Below, piece after piece: positions 44,644 through 53,319 of a stretch of DNA of 64,000 nt. How positions within the stretch are numbered: the first letter of the stretch is position 1; each line of letters starts with the position of its first letter. Made by a program: the position numbers and the translations under genes. Under the pieces are notes generated by a model. That model was not told the origin of the DNA, ran no database searches, and saw only the letters and a list, made by a program, of their open reading frames with translations. The DNA is from Candidatus Gottesmanbacteria bacterium GW2011_GWA2_43_14 (GTDB lineage: Bacteria; Patescibacteriota; Microgenomatia; 2-02-FULL-39-11). The stretch is from NCBI GenBank assembly GCA_000999095.1, contig LCFP01000001.1, forward strand, positions 10,230-74,229, in the 5' to 3' direction.

Positions 44644-44820
44644 TACGGTAATGATTTAGGGTTTTTACAAAATTGCTTCGAGAAATCTAGATTTCCCCGA
44701 GTTCGAGCCATAAAATTCACAATAATTGCGTTAGCCTGGAAAATTAGAATACGGGTAACGGGAATCGAACCATCACTAACTATAGCAGTCATGATGATTG
44801 TCTGCTAAAATCAGGTTGTC

Positions 44821-45975
44821 ATGAACAACCAATTAACAGCCACTCATCACACACTCGATTTCAATTTGCTCCCGCCCGATAAATTCGCTCAAATTGGCCA
44901 CTGGCTGGCCGAGGATACAGGCGAATACAGGACTGTTGACTACTACGAGGGCTCCGGCGACAAGGGCAGAGATGTTATTGGTATTACCCACGATGAGGAT
45001 CTGGACTATTTCCAATGTAAAAAATACAAGGATATTACTTTCGGCGTTCTCAAGACAGAGCTGGATAAAATTGCCGGTTATATTAAAACTGGGGAGATTG
45101 ACCGCCCCAGAAGGATTTGCTTTGTGATTTCCTCTCCAGCGTCACCCGACGCAAGAGACAAAGCTAAAGCCTATGCTCAGAGCGTTGATCTACCAACGCC
45201 TGATTTTTGGGGTCCGGTAGTTCTTGATAAGAAGGTTAAGACTAATAATCAAGCCCTTAAAAACTTTTTCAATATCTCTGAGGAAGAAGAACACTTACCT
45301 CAAATCGATGTGGATGGGTTAATCGCTGGCAGCAATCAAGAAACAAGATTCACCATAATTAACACCGGTGATGTGCCAGCAATTGAGTGTAGTTGGGAGA
45401 TAAAAGGATTTGCGTGGGGAAGCTATCCTGGCCAACCAAAAAATTTTACTTTAGCACCACAGGAGAAAAAGGAGTTGAGAATTGCAATGGAGCATGACTT
45501 TATGAAGAAGAATCAGATCAGAGAGCTGCGACTGCATTTTGAATTTAGGAACGGCAAAGGTAGCTGGTTTTTCTCTGAAAGGTTGTTCAAGATTCAACTT
45601 GTTCCAAGCCAAGCATTTTACAGAATCCACCCAGAGCCAGGAGATTATATCGCCGTGCAACCATTGACTAAGTTCACGATTGACGAGATTGAATCTCGGC
45701 CACCCACAGGGCTTAATGTTACAACCTCGGTCAAATATACCTTCCAAAAGGAAACAAGATACCTTGAGATACAAGTTTCTAGGACGTTGCAGGAGGGTAT
45801 ATGGAGATTTAGCACTGACGAGCTTAACTATGCACTCAAGGAACTTGCCGAGAGAAAGATCTTCCAGATGATAAGGACAGGCGATTTCGAGGATAAGTTT
45901 GTCGTCAACAGTTACTTGAAGCCTACGCAAGAGACCGGCTTTGAAGCGTATAAAGAGTTGAGGGATTCCATCTAA
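44821..45975 (+). CDS. Mrr-like PD-(D/E)xK restriction-endonuclease domain fused to an Ig-like and an unknown C-terminal region
   Basis: LPPDKF...GSGDKGRDV...YFQCKKY (D..QxK); middle FTIINTGDVPA...TLAPQEKKEL beta-sandwich-like. Confidence 0.7.
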   Translation: MNNQLTATHHTLDFNLLPPDKFAQIGHWLAEDTGEYRTVDYYEGSGDKGRDVIGITHDEDLDYFQCKKYKDITFGVLKTELDKIAGYIKTGEIDRPRRICFVISSPASPDARDKAKAYAQSVDLPTPDFWGPVVLDKKVKTNNQALKNFFNISEEEEHLPQIDVDGLIAGSNQETRFTIINTGDVPAIECSWEIKGFAWGSYPGQPKNFTLAPQEKKELRIAMEHDFMKKNQIRELRLHFEFRNGKGSWFFSERLFKIQLVPSQAFYRIHPEPGDYIAVQPLTKFTIDEIESRPPTGLNVTTSVKYTFQKETRYLEIQVSRTLQEGIWRFSTDELNYALKELAERKIFQMIRTGDFEDKFVVNSYLKPTQETGFEAYKELRDSI

Positions 45976-46122
45976 AAAGCGACTTCTGTGGCTAAGATGG
46001 ATCACTCGCGTGCCATCAATTCTCTAAAAGTAAGATACCTTCACCACAGAGATCATTCGGTAGTCGTAGTATATCAATTTGGCTCGACTTTTTCTCCCCA
46101 AAGTTATAAAATGTAGATACAT

Positions 46123-46845
46123 ATGTGGACTAAGCAGGACATTATTAAAGAGCTTCAAAGATACGCTAAAGAGATTGGCAAAACTCCAAGTCAAAAAGTA
46201 TTTTTCGACAACACCGAGGTTGGAATATATGATCGGATGAGATTTTGGCCCAACTATGGTGAGCTTGTGCGCGAAGCAGGATTAACTCCTAATGAGTTTG
46301 ATAAAACTAAATACAATCACGATCAACTATGTCGTCTATTTATTCGCATGGTTCGTGATGGGGGTAAGTGGCCAACCAGAGGCATTTTAGATGTTAAACA
46401 TCACTCTGACCTCAGCTTTCCAGATTCATCAACTTTTTATAAAAAACTTGGTTTGACTAGTGAATTGGCAAAAACAATCCTAAAATTTGTTGGTGATAAA
46501 CGTGGATATAAAGATATAGTAGATATTTGTAATATAGTGATTCGAGAAAACGAAGATATAAATTTTCCGGCAGAAGAAGGTGTGGTTCCGGGTTACATAT
46601 ATTTAGGTAAACAGAACGGAAGCTATAAAATAGGTAAATCGAAAAATCCAAATCGTCGTCGTGAAGATATTACACTTTTAGGATCTGAACCATTTGAGTT
46701 AGTACACGAGATAAAAACAGATGATATGAACGGTGTTGAAAAGTATTGGCATGAAAGATTTAAGTCAAGGCATAAAAGAGGTGAGTGGTTTAATTTGACT
46801 AGAACAGATATTAGTGCATTTAAGCAATGGAAGAAAATTGCTTAA
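46123..46845 (+). CDS. GIY-YIG (T5orf172/MUG113-like) nuclease with N-terminal homing-endonuclease-associated helical repeats
   Basis: WTKQDIIKELQ...GKTPS...ELVREAGL repeat; GYIYL...YKIGKSKNPNRR...EKYWHERF...GEWF. Confidence 0.8.
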   Translation: MWTKQDIIKELQRYAKEIGKTPSQKVFFDNTEVGIYDRMRFWPNYGELVREAGLTPNEFDKTKYNHDQLCRLFIRMVRDGGKWPTRGILDVKHHSDLSFPDSSTFYKKLGLTSELAKTILKFVGDKRGYKDIVDICNIVIRENEDINFPAEEGVVPGYIYLGKQNGSYKIGKSKNPNRRREDITLLGSEPFELVHEIKTDDMNGVEKYWHERFKSRHKRGEWFNLTRTDISAFKQWKKIA

Positions 46846-47145
46846 TTTGCATATTATCGCTAGCTCTACTTTCGCCTCTTCAGAAAACTACCTAAAACCT
46901 CCTGAAATAAACATAAGTCAACAGTCTTGAGGTGGTTTTTAAATTCGGTCAGTTGTACAATTAATTCTCGAGTAATGGAAGACCGGAGTATGATTTTGAT
47001 AGTAGTAGGAAACGTCATATCAGACTGGCTTAGAAGATATGATTTTATATGGTCATCCAGACTAGGCAGGTTCGAGCTAAGTACGGTCACCAGCTCCAGA
47101 CAAATTCCTGAAAATGAAAAGCTTATCTATTTTTCAAAGACTTGA

Positions 47146-47325
47146 ATCATCGGACACAATTACTTTTCCCCTCTTCTCTTGTTTGGATTAAGTGTTTTTT
47201 TCGATTATGGGCTGAGCAGTACGCTTTCACTCATTTGGGCAATACATATCGCCGGTGACAGAACGTTTGGTCTGGGTCTAAAGCTTCTGAAGGGCTTAAA
47301 ACACACTTACCTGGGAAAAATCTGA
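47146..47325 (+). pseudogene. C-terminal fragment of a DUF4260-like membrane protein
   Basis: Manual translation IIGHNYFSPLLL...LIWAIHIAGDRTFGLGLKLLKGLKHTYLGKI*; no start codon or N-terminal half. Confidence 0.6.
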
Positions 47326-47389
47326 TCTTTGAGCAGGATGTCATCGGAGATTGGTTCGACAACGGTTGTATTATAATCAGCTTTAACAT

Positions 47390-47602
47390 ATGGCTGACAT
47401 CGGAAAGCTATTAATTACTCTGGGTATTGTCTTGGTTTTGCTGGGTTTTTTCTTCACTTTTTCCGTCAAGATTCCTTTTATTGGCAAATTGCCCGGAGAC
47501 ATACTCATTAAAAAAGACGGCTTTACCTTTTATTTTCCCCTGACCACTTCTATTATCATCAGCCTTCTTGTATCTTTAATTCTTAAGTTTTTCCAAAAAT
47601 AA
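47390..47602 (+). CDS. DUF2905 family small membrane protein
   Basis: GKLPGDI...FTFYFPLTTSIIIS. Confidence 0.85.
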   Translation: MADIGKLLITLGIVLVLLGFFFTFSVKIPFIGKLPGDILIKKDGFTFYFPLTTSIIISLLVSLILKFFQK

Positions 47603-47618
47603 AAGTATAATCAGGAGT

Positions 47619-48461
47619 GTGAATTACAAGATACGCACAGCTGTCAGGCATGAAATTTCAACTGTCATCGGCTGGGCGAAAGCCGAAGGATGGAATCCGG
47701 GCATTTATGATGCCGATACTTTTTTTTCATCTTTTCCCGACGGTTTTTTAGTCGGCCTTCTCGACGGTAAACCGGTTTCATTCATTTCCGCAGTAAGTTA
47801 CGGGAATGCTTTCGGCTTTATCGGTTTGTATATTGTTTCCGGGCCATACCGCGGTCGCGGATACGGGCTTAAAATATGGAACCGGGCAATTGCCAAGTTA
47901 TCGGGCCGTAATGTCGGGCTTGACGGAGTTACTGAACAACAGAACAACTACAAAAAGTCGGGTTTCAGGCTGGCTTACAGGAATATCCGCTTTCAGGGAA
48001 ATAATTTGAACATGGAAATCGATGACGGACATATTCTGCCTCTTTCCCTCATTCCCATAAAACAGGTCAGCGCATATGATCATAAAATCTTTCCGGCCGA
48101 AAGACCGCTCTTTCTTAAAGCATGGTTGACACAACCCCAAAGCTTGGCTATAGGTTATGTTAAGAATGGCGCTTTGCAGGGATACGGCCTCATCCGCCCC
48201 TGCCAATCAGGCTTTAAGATCGGACCGCTGTTTGCGGAAACGGAGCCGGTCGCGGATAAATTATTGGCAAAACTGATGCAATATGCGCCGAACGACAAAC
48301 CGGTATTTCTGGATGTACCTGAAATAAACCGGCCGGCAGTTTTATTGGCCGGACGCTACAAGATGAAGCCTGTTTTTGAAACCGCACGTATGTACAGCCG
48401 AAACCAGCCAGATGTTCCCATACAAAAGGTCTTCGGCGTGACTTCTTTTGAATTCGGATGA
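47619..48461 (+). CDS. Tandem GNAT acetyltransferase (YitH-like)
   Basis: WAKAEGWNPG, YRGRGYG, GFKIGPLFA, VFETARMY. Confidence 0.88.
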   Translation: MNYKIRTAVRHEISTVIGWAKAEGWNPGIYDADTFFSSFPDGFLVGLLDGKPVSFISAVSYGNAFGFIGLYIVSGPYRGRGYGLKIWNRAIAKLSGRNVGLDGVTEQQNNYKKSGFRLAYRNIRFQGNNLNMEIDDGHILPLSLIPIKQVSAYDHKIFPAERPLFLKAWLTQPQSLAIGYVKNGALQGYGLIRPCQSGFKIGPLFAETEPVADKLLAKLMQYAPNDKPVFLDVPEINRPAVLLAGRYKMKPVFETARMYSRNQPDVPIQKVFGVTSFEFG

Positions 48462-48482
48462 TCAATTTTCCTGCAATTCAAG

Positions 48483-49256
48483 TTATGCCGTCAGGGTAAA
48501 GTAAAAAGAGGATCCCTGACCTTCCCGGCTTTCAAACCAGATCCTGCCGCCGTGCCTTCTGACCATTTCCCGCGAAAGATAAAGCCCCAAGCCCAGGCTG
48601 GGATCGTCCTTTCTCCTGGTTTTGTCGATCTGGTAAAATTTTTCAAAGATTCTCTCATGATGTTCTTCTGGGATGCCGAATCCCTCATCTTTTATTTTAA
48701 ACAGCAAATTTTTCTCATTTTTACGGTAATGAAGCAGGATCGGGCTTGCCGGACGCGAAAACTTAACAGAGTTTAGCAATAAATTAAAAATTACCTGCCT
48801 GATTTGTCTTTGGTCTCCGTAAACAAGTTCTTCGGTTTGACCCTTGACGGTAATCCTGCGGATTCCGCTTGCTGCCTCGATTTCCTCCGCCGTTTCACGC
48901 ACTAAACGGTTCAGATTGAATAGTACTTTTTTCGGTTTATAACCCCCGTTATCAATTATCGACAGATTAAGAAGCTCATCCATTAATCTGGACAAAGAGG
49001 ATATCTGCAAATTCATCTTGATGGTAATTTTTGAAGCCAAAACATCCTGTTTTTTCATCAGGTAGCGGTAGAGGATTTCTCCGTATCCGGTCATTGAGGT
49101 CAGGGGAGTCTTCAGTTCATGGCTGAGAATGCTTAAAAATTCGCTTTTGCTTTCCTCCAGTTGCCGGCGTTGCCGGAACAAAATTCTGGCAGAAACCAGA
49201 TAATAAACCAGACAGAAAATATTAACCAGCAATAAGAGACTTAGAATTTGGCCCAT
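48483..49256 (-). CDS. Orphan sensor histidine kinase (single TM, HisKA + HATPase)
   Basis: SHELKTPL, NLLLNSVKF, DEGFGI, IFEKFYQ, GLGLYLS, GQGSSFYF. Confidence 0.9.
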   Translation of the reverse strand: MGQILSLLLLVNIFCLVYYLVSARILFRQRRQLEESKSEFLSILSHELKTPLTSMTGYGEILYRYLMKKQDVLASKITIKMNLQISSLSRLMDELLNLSIIDNGGYKPKKVLFNLNRLVRETAEEIEAASGIRRITVKGQTEELVYGDQRQIRQVIFNLLLNSVKFSRPASPILLHYRKNEKNLLFKIKDEGFGIPEEHHERIFEKFYQIDKTRRKDDPSLGLGLYLSREMVRRHGGRIWFESREGQGSSFYFTLTA

Positions 49257-49296
49257 AATACCAGTTAAAACTTAAAATATTGGAAAAATTAGGGGT

Positions 49297-49932
49297 TTAA
49301 GTAAGAAAGAAATCATGGCGTTTCTTTTCCTTTTTAAGTGTTGAAGCTTCACCGTGTCCGGGTTTGATTTCAGTATCCGCCGGCAGAGCGAAAATAATTT
49401 CCAGGGATTTTGCCAGATCTGTCGGACTGGAATAGGAGAAATCAGTCCGCCCGACTCCCCCGCCGGCAAAAAGCGTATCGCCGGAAATTAGGCACTTTTC
49501 CTTTTCGAGGTACAGGCAGACACTGCCGGGAGTATGGCCGGGAGTCCCTATCACTCTGATCTTATGACCGCCCAAAGCAATAATTTCATTTTCCTGTAAA
49601 AAATTGTCAGCATCCGGAGGGGGGTCTGTTTGGATGCCCAGAAAATGGCCGGCTGATTGCCTCATATTCTTGACCAGGAATTCATCTTTTTGATTTATGA
49701 GGAAAGGAATGTTATATGCCAGTTTAAGCTCGGTAACTGCCATGATATGGTCGAAGTGCCCGTGGGTAGCTAAAATAGTCAGGGGTTTTGCCCGGTGGTC
49801 GGCAATGATTCTTTCAAGATAGTCTCCGTCATCACCCGGATCGACAATCAGGCAGTCTCTGTTTTCGGCAATGAGCAGATAACAGTTGGATTGCATCTGG
49901 CCTACAGGCAAAGTAATGATATTAAATTCCAT
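49297..49932 (-). CDS. MBL-fold metallo-hydrolase (glyoxalase II-like)
   Basis: THGHFDH, TPGHTPGS, SGDTLF, PGHG. Confidence 0.92.
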   Translation of the reverse strand: MEFNIITLPVGQMQSNCYLLIAENRDCLIVDPGDDGDYLERIIADHRAKPLTILATHGHFDHIMAVTELKLAYNIPFLINQKDEFLVKNMRQSAGHFLGIQTDPPPDADNFLQENEIIALGGHKIRVIGTPGHTPGSVCLYLEKEKCLISGDTLFAGGGVGRTDFSYSSPTDLAKSLEIIFALPADTEIKPGHGEASTLKKEKKRHDFFLT

Positions 49933-49959
49933 TTTTTATTATTTTAACAGATAAATTTC

Positions 49960-49988
49960 TTGACAAAAACTCAGTCCGGGAATAATAT
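49960..49988 (+). promoter_or_regulatory. Promoter of the FMN riboswitch operon
   Basis: TTGACA-17 nt-TAATAT immediately 5' of the aptamer. Confidence 0.6.
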
Positions 49989-49993
49989 CATGG

Positions 49994-50116
49994 TATTCCT
50001 TCGGGGTAGGGTGAGATTCCCAATCGGCGGTATAACCCGCGAGGTCCCGATTTAATCGGGACCATGATCAGGCTGAATTCCTGAGTCGACCGTAAAGTCG
50101 GGATGGAAGAAGGATT
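49994..50116 (+). ncRNA. FMN riboswitch (RFN element)
   Basis: CTTCGGGGTAGGGTGAGATTCCCAATCGGCGGT...CCCGCGAG...GACCGTAAAGTCGGGATGGAAGAAG matches RFN consensus; flavin-related genes downstream. Confidence 0.92.
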
Positions 50117-50153
50117 ACTATACCGGCTGTTTTGCCGGAAATATTATAAATGT

Positions 50154-50179
50154 TTACCCCGAAGCTAGGGGTATTTTTT
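50154..50179 (+). terminator. Riboswitch expression-platform terminator
   Basis: TACCCC-GAAGCTA-GGGGTA followed by T6, directly before ATG 50180. Confidence 0.7.
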
Positions 50180-50773
50180 ATGAATGAAAAACAGAAAGTC
50201 CAACCGGTTGCCGGTGTCCGGGTTATCGTCTTATCGGCCGCTTTAGCCAGTTTGTCCGCCTTTTTGCAGCTTTATCATTTGGGTTACCAGTCACCCCAGT
50301 GGGGCATGTGGCTTGATTTTGTAGCGGTCACCTGGATTGTCGCTTATTTCCTCTTCGGCTGGCGATCAGCCTTAATTGTCTCCGTTCTGGGGGCAATTAT
50401 CATTACTCTCTTTGCACCTGATACCTGGCTTGGCGCTTCCATGAAATTTGTGGCCACCGTCCCCATTTGGATCAGTCTGGCAGTCTGGGGCCGTCGCTAC
50501 AGCAATCCGAAAAATCTGATTGTTCCCTTTATCGCAGGCAATATTTTGAGGCTGATGTTGGTCCTGCCATTAAATTACTACTATGCTATACCCATCTGGA
50601 CCGGAATGACTCCGGTCCAGGCAATATCAGCCATTCCCTGGCCTGTTATTTCCCTTTTTAATATTGTCCAGAGCCTGATTGACCTCACACTGGCCTGGGT
50701 TTTGGTTTACCGGTTCCGACTGAACCGCTTCTCTGCCGGACAAAACCAGCATGAAGAAAATCTTAAATCTTAA
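50180..50773 (+). CDS. ECF transporter S component, probably riboflavin (RibU-like)
   Basis: Hydrophobic multi-TM protein with LDF, LNYYYAIP and FNIVQ; under FMN riboswitch. ATG 50150 lies within the expression platform, so 50180 is preferred. Confidence 0.8.
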   Translation: MNEKQKVQPVAGVRVIVLSAALASLSAFLQLYHLGYQSPQWGMWLDFVAVTWIVAYFLFGWRSALIVSVLGAIIITLFAPDTWLGASMKFVATVPIWISLAVWGRRYSNPKNLIVPFIAGNILRLMLVLPLNYYYAIPIWTGMTPVQAISAIPWPVISLFNIVQSLIDLTLAWVLVYRFRLNRFSAGQNQHEENLKS

Positions 50774-51488
50774 AAACGTTTCGTTCAGTTATAGTCCGGA
50801 GCGTCCGGTTCTGTCAGGCATTAACCTGGAAATACCGCGAGGCTCGTTCACCGGCATTACCGGCAGCAACGGTTCGGGCAAAAGCACTTTTCTCTATCTT
50901 TTAAACGGTTTGATTCCCCATCTTATCCCCGGACTTTTCGAGGGAGATGTTTTTGTAGATGGACAAAATACCAGACAGCTGAAGATGGGCCTGCTTTCCC
51001 AAAAAGTGGGTTTGGTTTTTCAGAATCCGGATTTGGCTATTTTTAACCTAACCGTTGAGGAAGAAATCGCTTTCGGTCTGTCTAATTTCGGATATAAAAA
51101 CATCTCAGGGAAAATCCGTCAGGCTCTCTCAACTGTCGGTCTTCCAGGTTTTGAAAAAAGGGATCCGCAAAGTTTGTCATTTGGGGAAAAACAAAGGGTC
51201 AGTCTTGCTTCCATCCTGGCTCTGGATACCGACTGCCTCCTTCTCGATGAACCGACCGCCATGCTGGACTACCAAAGTTCAGAAGCTTTATATCTATTAT
51301 TGAAAAAGCTTAACCGTCAGGGAAAAACCATAATTGTCGTTGAACATGACACGGATTTCCTCTGGAAGTATGCCGGAGATGTCCTCATCCTGCATATGGG
51401 TAAAATCGCTGCCTATGGCCTAATCGAAAAGATTCTCACCGACAGGACCTTATTATCAAAAACCGGAGTCAAAAATCCGCATCTATGA
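50751..51488 (+). CDS. ECF transporter ATPase (EcfA/CbiO)
   Basis: GSNGSGKST, FQNPD, LSFGEKQR, LLDEPT, VEHD. Confidence 0.92.
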   Translation: MKKILNLKNVSFSYSPERPVLSGINLEIPRGSFTGITGSNGSGKSTFLYLLNGLIPHLIPGLFEGDVFVDGQNTRQLKMGLLSQKVGLVFQNPDLAIFNLTVEEEIAFGLSNFGYKNISGKIRQALSTVGLPGFEKRDPQSLSFGEKQRVSLASILALDTDCLLLDEPTAMLDYQSSEALYLLLKKLNRQGKTIIVVEHDTDFLWKYAGDVLILHMGKIAAYGLIEKILTDRTLLSKTGVKNPHL

Positions 51489-52045
51489 TTCGTATCAGAA
51501 TTTTTCTTCTACTAGCCGTTACCACAGTACTTCTGATCGTCAGACAACCGGCCTTGATTTTTACTTTTTTACTGCTGATAACTTTTTTTTCTTTTTTAAC
51601 TGTTCCTTACCATAAATTTATGGCCAGGCTGAAACCCCTGCTTTTCATTTCCTTTTTTATTATTATTTTCCAGCTGATATTCAACCTGTCGGTTTCACCT
51701 CTTGACCGGTTTTTGCTCGGGATTAATGCTGTAGCTAAAATCCTGGCGATTTCTTTATCGGTTTTTTATTTCACCACAACTACTTCCCTGGGTGAAATAA
51801 TAGGAGCTTTATCATTCCTGCCGTCCTCAGCCCGCCTGGCACTGACTGTCACCTTCAGCCTGATTCCGGCCGTGATCGAAGAAGGCAGGCAAATTTCCAT
51901 AGTGCAATCATCCCGGGGATTAAAAAAATCGATAAGAAATCCTCTGGCGGCTGTTATCCCCGTTATTATCCCGCTGATCCACCGGGTCTTGTCCCGGGCG
52001 GAAAAAATCAGCCTGGCTTTATATACTAAAGGTTATGGAAAATAA
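51485..52045 (+). CDS. ECF transporter T component (EcfT/CbiQ)
   Basis: TM helices, FTTTTS, QSSRG and LYTKGY coupling-helix motifs. Confidence 0.82.
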   Translation: MIRIRIFLLLAVTTVLLIVRQPALIFTFLLLITFFSFLTVPYHKFMARLKPLLFISFFIIIFQLIFNLSVSPLDRFLLGINAVAKILAISLSVFYFTTTTSLGEIIGALSFLPSSARLALTVTFSLIPAVIEEGRQISIVQSSRGLKKSIRNPLAAVIPVIIPLIHRVLSRAEKISLALYTKGYGK

Positions 52046-52406
52046 AATATATTCTTCAAAGGTTATTCACGGCCGGAAAATAGGGAAAAAAATGGGTTTC
52101 CCGACAATTAATCTGGCCGATCCCGGAATATTGGCCGGGCATAAAGACGGAGTTTATGCTGCAACAGTCTCTATTGAAAACGAAAATCATCTCGGACTGC
52201 TTTATAAAGGGCCCAGGCTAATATTGGGAGAAACGGAAACAATATTGGAAATTTATCTTTTGGATTTTGAGAGAGAAATATACGGTCAGACTGTCTCTTT
52301 CAGACTGCTTAATTTCATCAGGGGAGTCATGGATTTTTCGGATACGGAGGCTTACAAAAAACAACTTAAAAAAGATGTTCAAGGGGCCGGAAAACTGCTA
52401 AAATAA
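52035..52406 (+). CDS. Monofunctional riboflavin kinase (RibF kinase domain only)
   Basis: VIHGRKIGKKMGFPTINL, GVYA, EIYLLDF...IYG, FIRG..DF. Confidence 0.88.
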   Translation: MENKIYSSKVIHGRKIGKKMGFPTINLADPGILAGHKDGVYAATVSIENENHLGLLYKGPRLILGETETILEIYLLDFEREIYGQTVSFRLLNFIRGVMDFSDTEAYKKQLKKDVQGAGKLLK

Positions 52407-52417
52407 GACTGCGCTCA

Positions 52418-52488
52418 GCCTCTTTAGCTTAGTGGTAAAGCAGCGGTATCGTAAACCGCCGACGTCGGTTCGATTCCGACAAGGGGCT
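52418..52488 (+). tRNA. tRNA-Thr(CGT)
   Basis: GCCTCTT/AAGGGGC acceptor, GCGGT-ATCGTAA-ACCGC, GGTTCGATTCC. Confidence 0.9.
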
Positions 52489-52611
52489 CAATATTGACTA
52501 TTCCATGCCGATACTTATATTTATTTGATGAGTTAATGAAAGCTATTGTTAACAATCTCTGTTTATCTCCTTATATGGTTTAGTATTTTAGCGGCTGGTA
52601 TAATGTAACTC

Positions 52612-53319
52612 ATGCAGTATACCTCGCACCGTCTGCGTTCCCAGGAAAAAAAGCTTTTCAGGAAATTCATTAAAACATTCATTCTTCTCATTGTCGGTAT
52701 CATTGCGGCCATCCAGATCGGATTGCCCTTAATGGCTAAAATTGTCGTTGCCTTTTCTTTTTTAAGGAAAGACCAGGGTACAGTTGAAGAAAAACAGGAC
52801 ACTATGCTTTTTTCACCCTCTATAAATTCCTTGCCTGAAGCCACCAATTCGGCCAGGATTATCGTCTCAGGGGCTACGGATAAAAACAGTACTGTCGTTT
52901 TAGCTCTCAACGGAGAGGAAGAGATAACCGAATCGGATAATGAAGGCCAGTTTGAAGTCAGGGGCGTCGGACTTGTAGAAGGTGAAAATAAAATTGAAGC
53001 ATATCTGCAAAAAGACGGGAAAAGAAGTTCTGCCGCTTCTGTATCCATCATTTATAAAAAGGATCCGCCGGAAATCATAATCACTGAGCCGGAAAACGGA
53101 CGGAAATTCTCGGGAGAGGATAGAATAGTAACCATCAAAGGCAATACGGAAACGGATGCCCGATTGAGCGTAAATGACCGCTATATAATTGTCGGACGTG
53201 AAGGGAATTTTGAGTATGAAATCTCATTAAACGACGGCAATAACGATTTTAAGTTCAAAGCAGTCGATATTGCCGGTAACAGCAGGGAAGTGGAATTCAA
53301 ACTTGAGTATTCCCCTTAA
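52612..53319 (+). CDS. Membrane-anchored protein with two Ig-like domains
   Basis: TM at aa ~20-50; L.EGENKIEA and LNDGNNDFKFKAVDIAGN Big-type motifs. Confidence 0.75.
   Translation: MQYTSHRLRSQEKKLFRKFIKTFILLIVGIIAAIQIGLPLMAKIVVAFSFLRKDQGTVEEKQDTMLFSPSINSLPEATNSARIIVSGATDKNSTVVLALNGEEEITESDNEGQFEVRGVGLVEGENKIEAYLQKDGKRSSAASVSIIYKKDPPEIIITEPENGRKFSGEDRIVTIKGNTETDARLSVNDRYIIVGREGNFEYEISLNDGNNDFKFKAVDIAGNSREVEFKLEYSP

Larger units (their letters stand above)
44644..47145. mobile_element. Small integrated islet/remnant next to tRNA-Gly carrying two nuclease genes; no integrase seen
   Basis: Follows the tRNA 3' end, contains an inverted tRNA 3'-like fragment, and ends at a 5'-truncated gene. 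Boundaries approximate. Confidence 0.5.

Noticed and set aside
45451-46005. 184-aa minus-strand ORF
   Set aside because: Almost entirely antisense to the Mrr-like gene; no motif support.
46927-47325. TGA read-through (alternative genetic code) joining the 72-aa ORF to the DUF4260-like fragment
   Set aside because: TGA ends many conserved genes here at the expected position (glnA, pyrB, purC, htpX), and the upstream ORF does not resemble a DUF4260 N-terminus.
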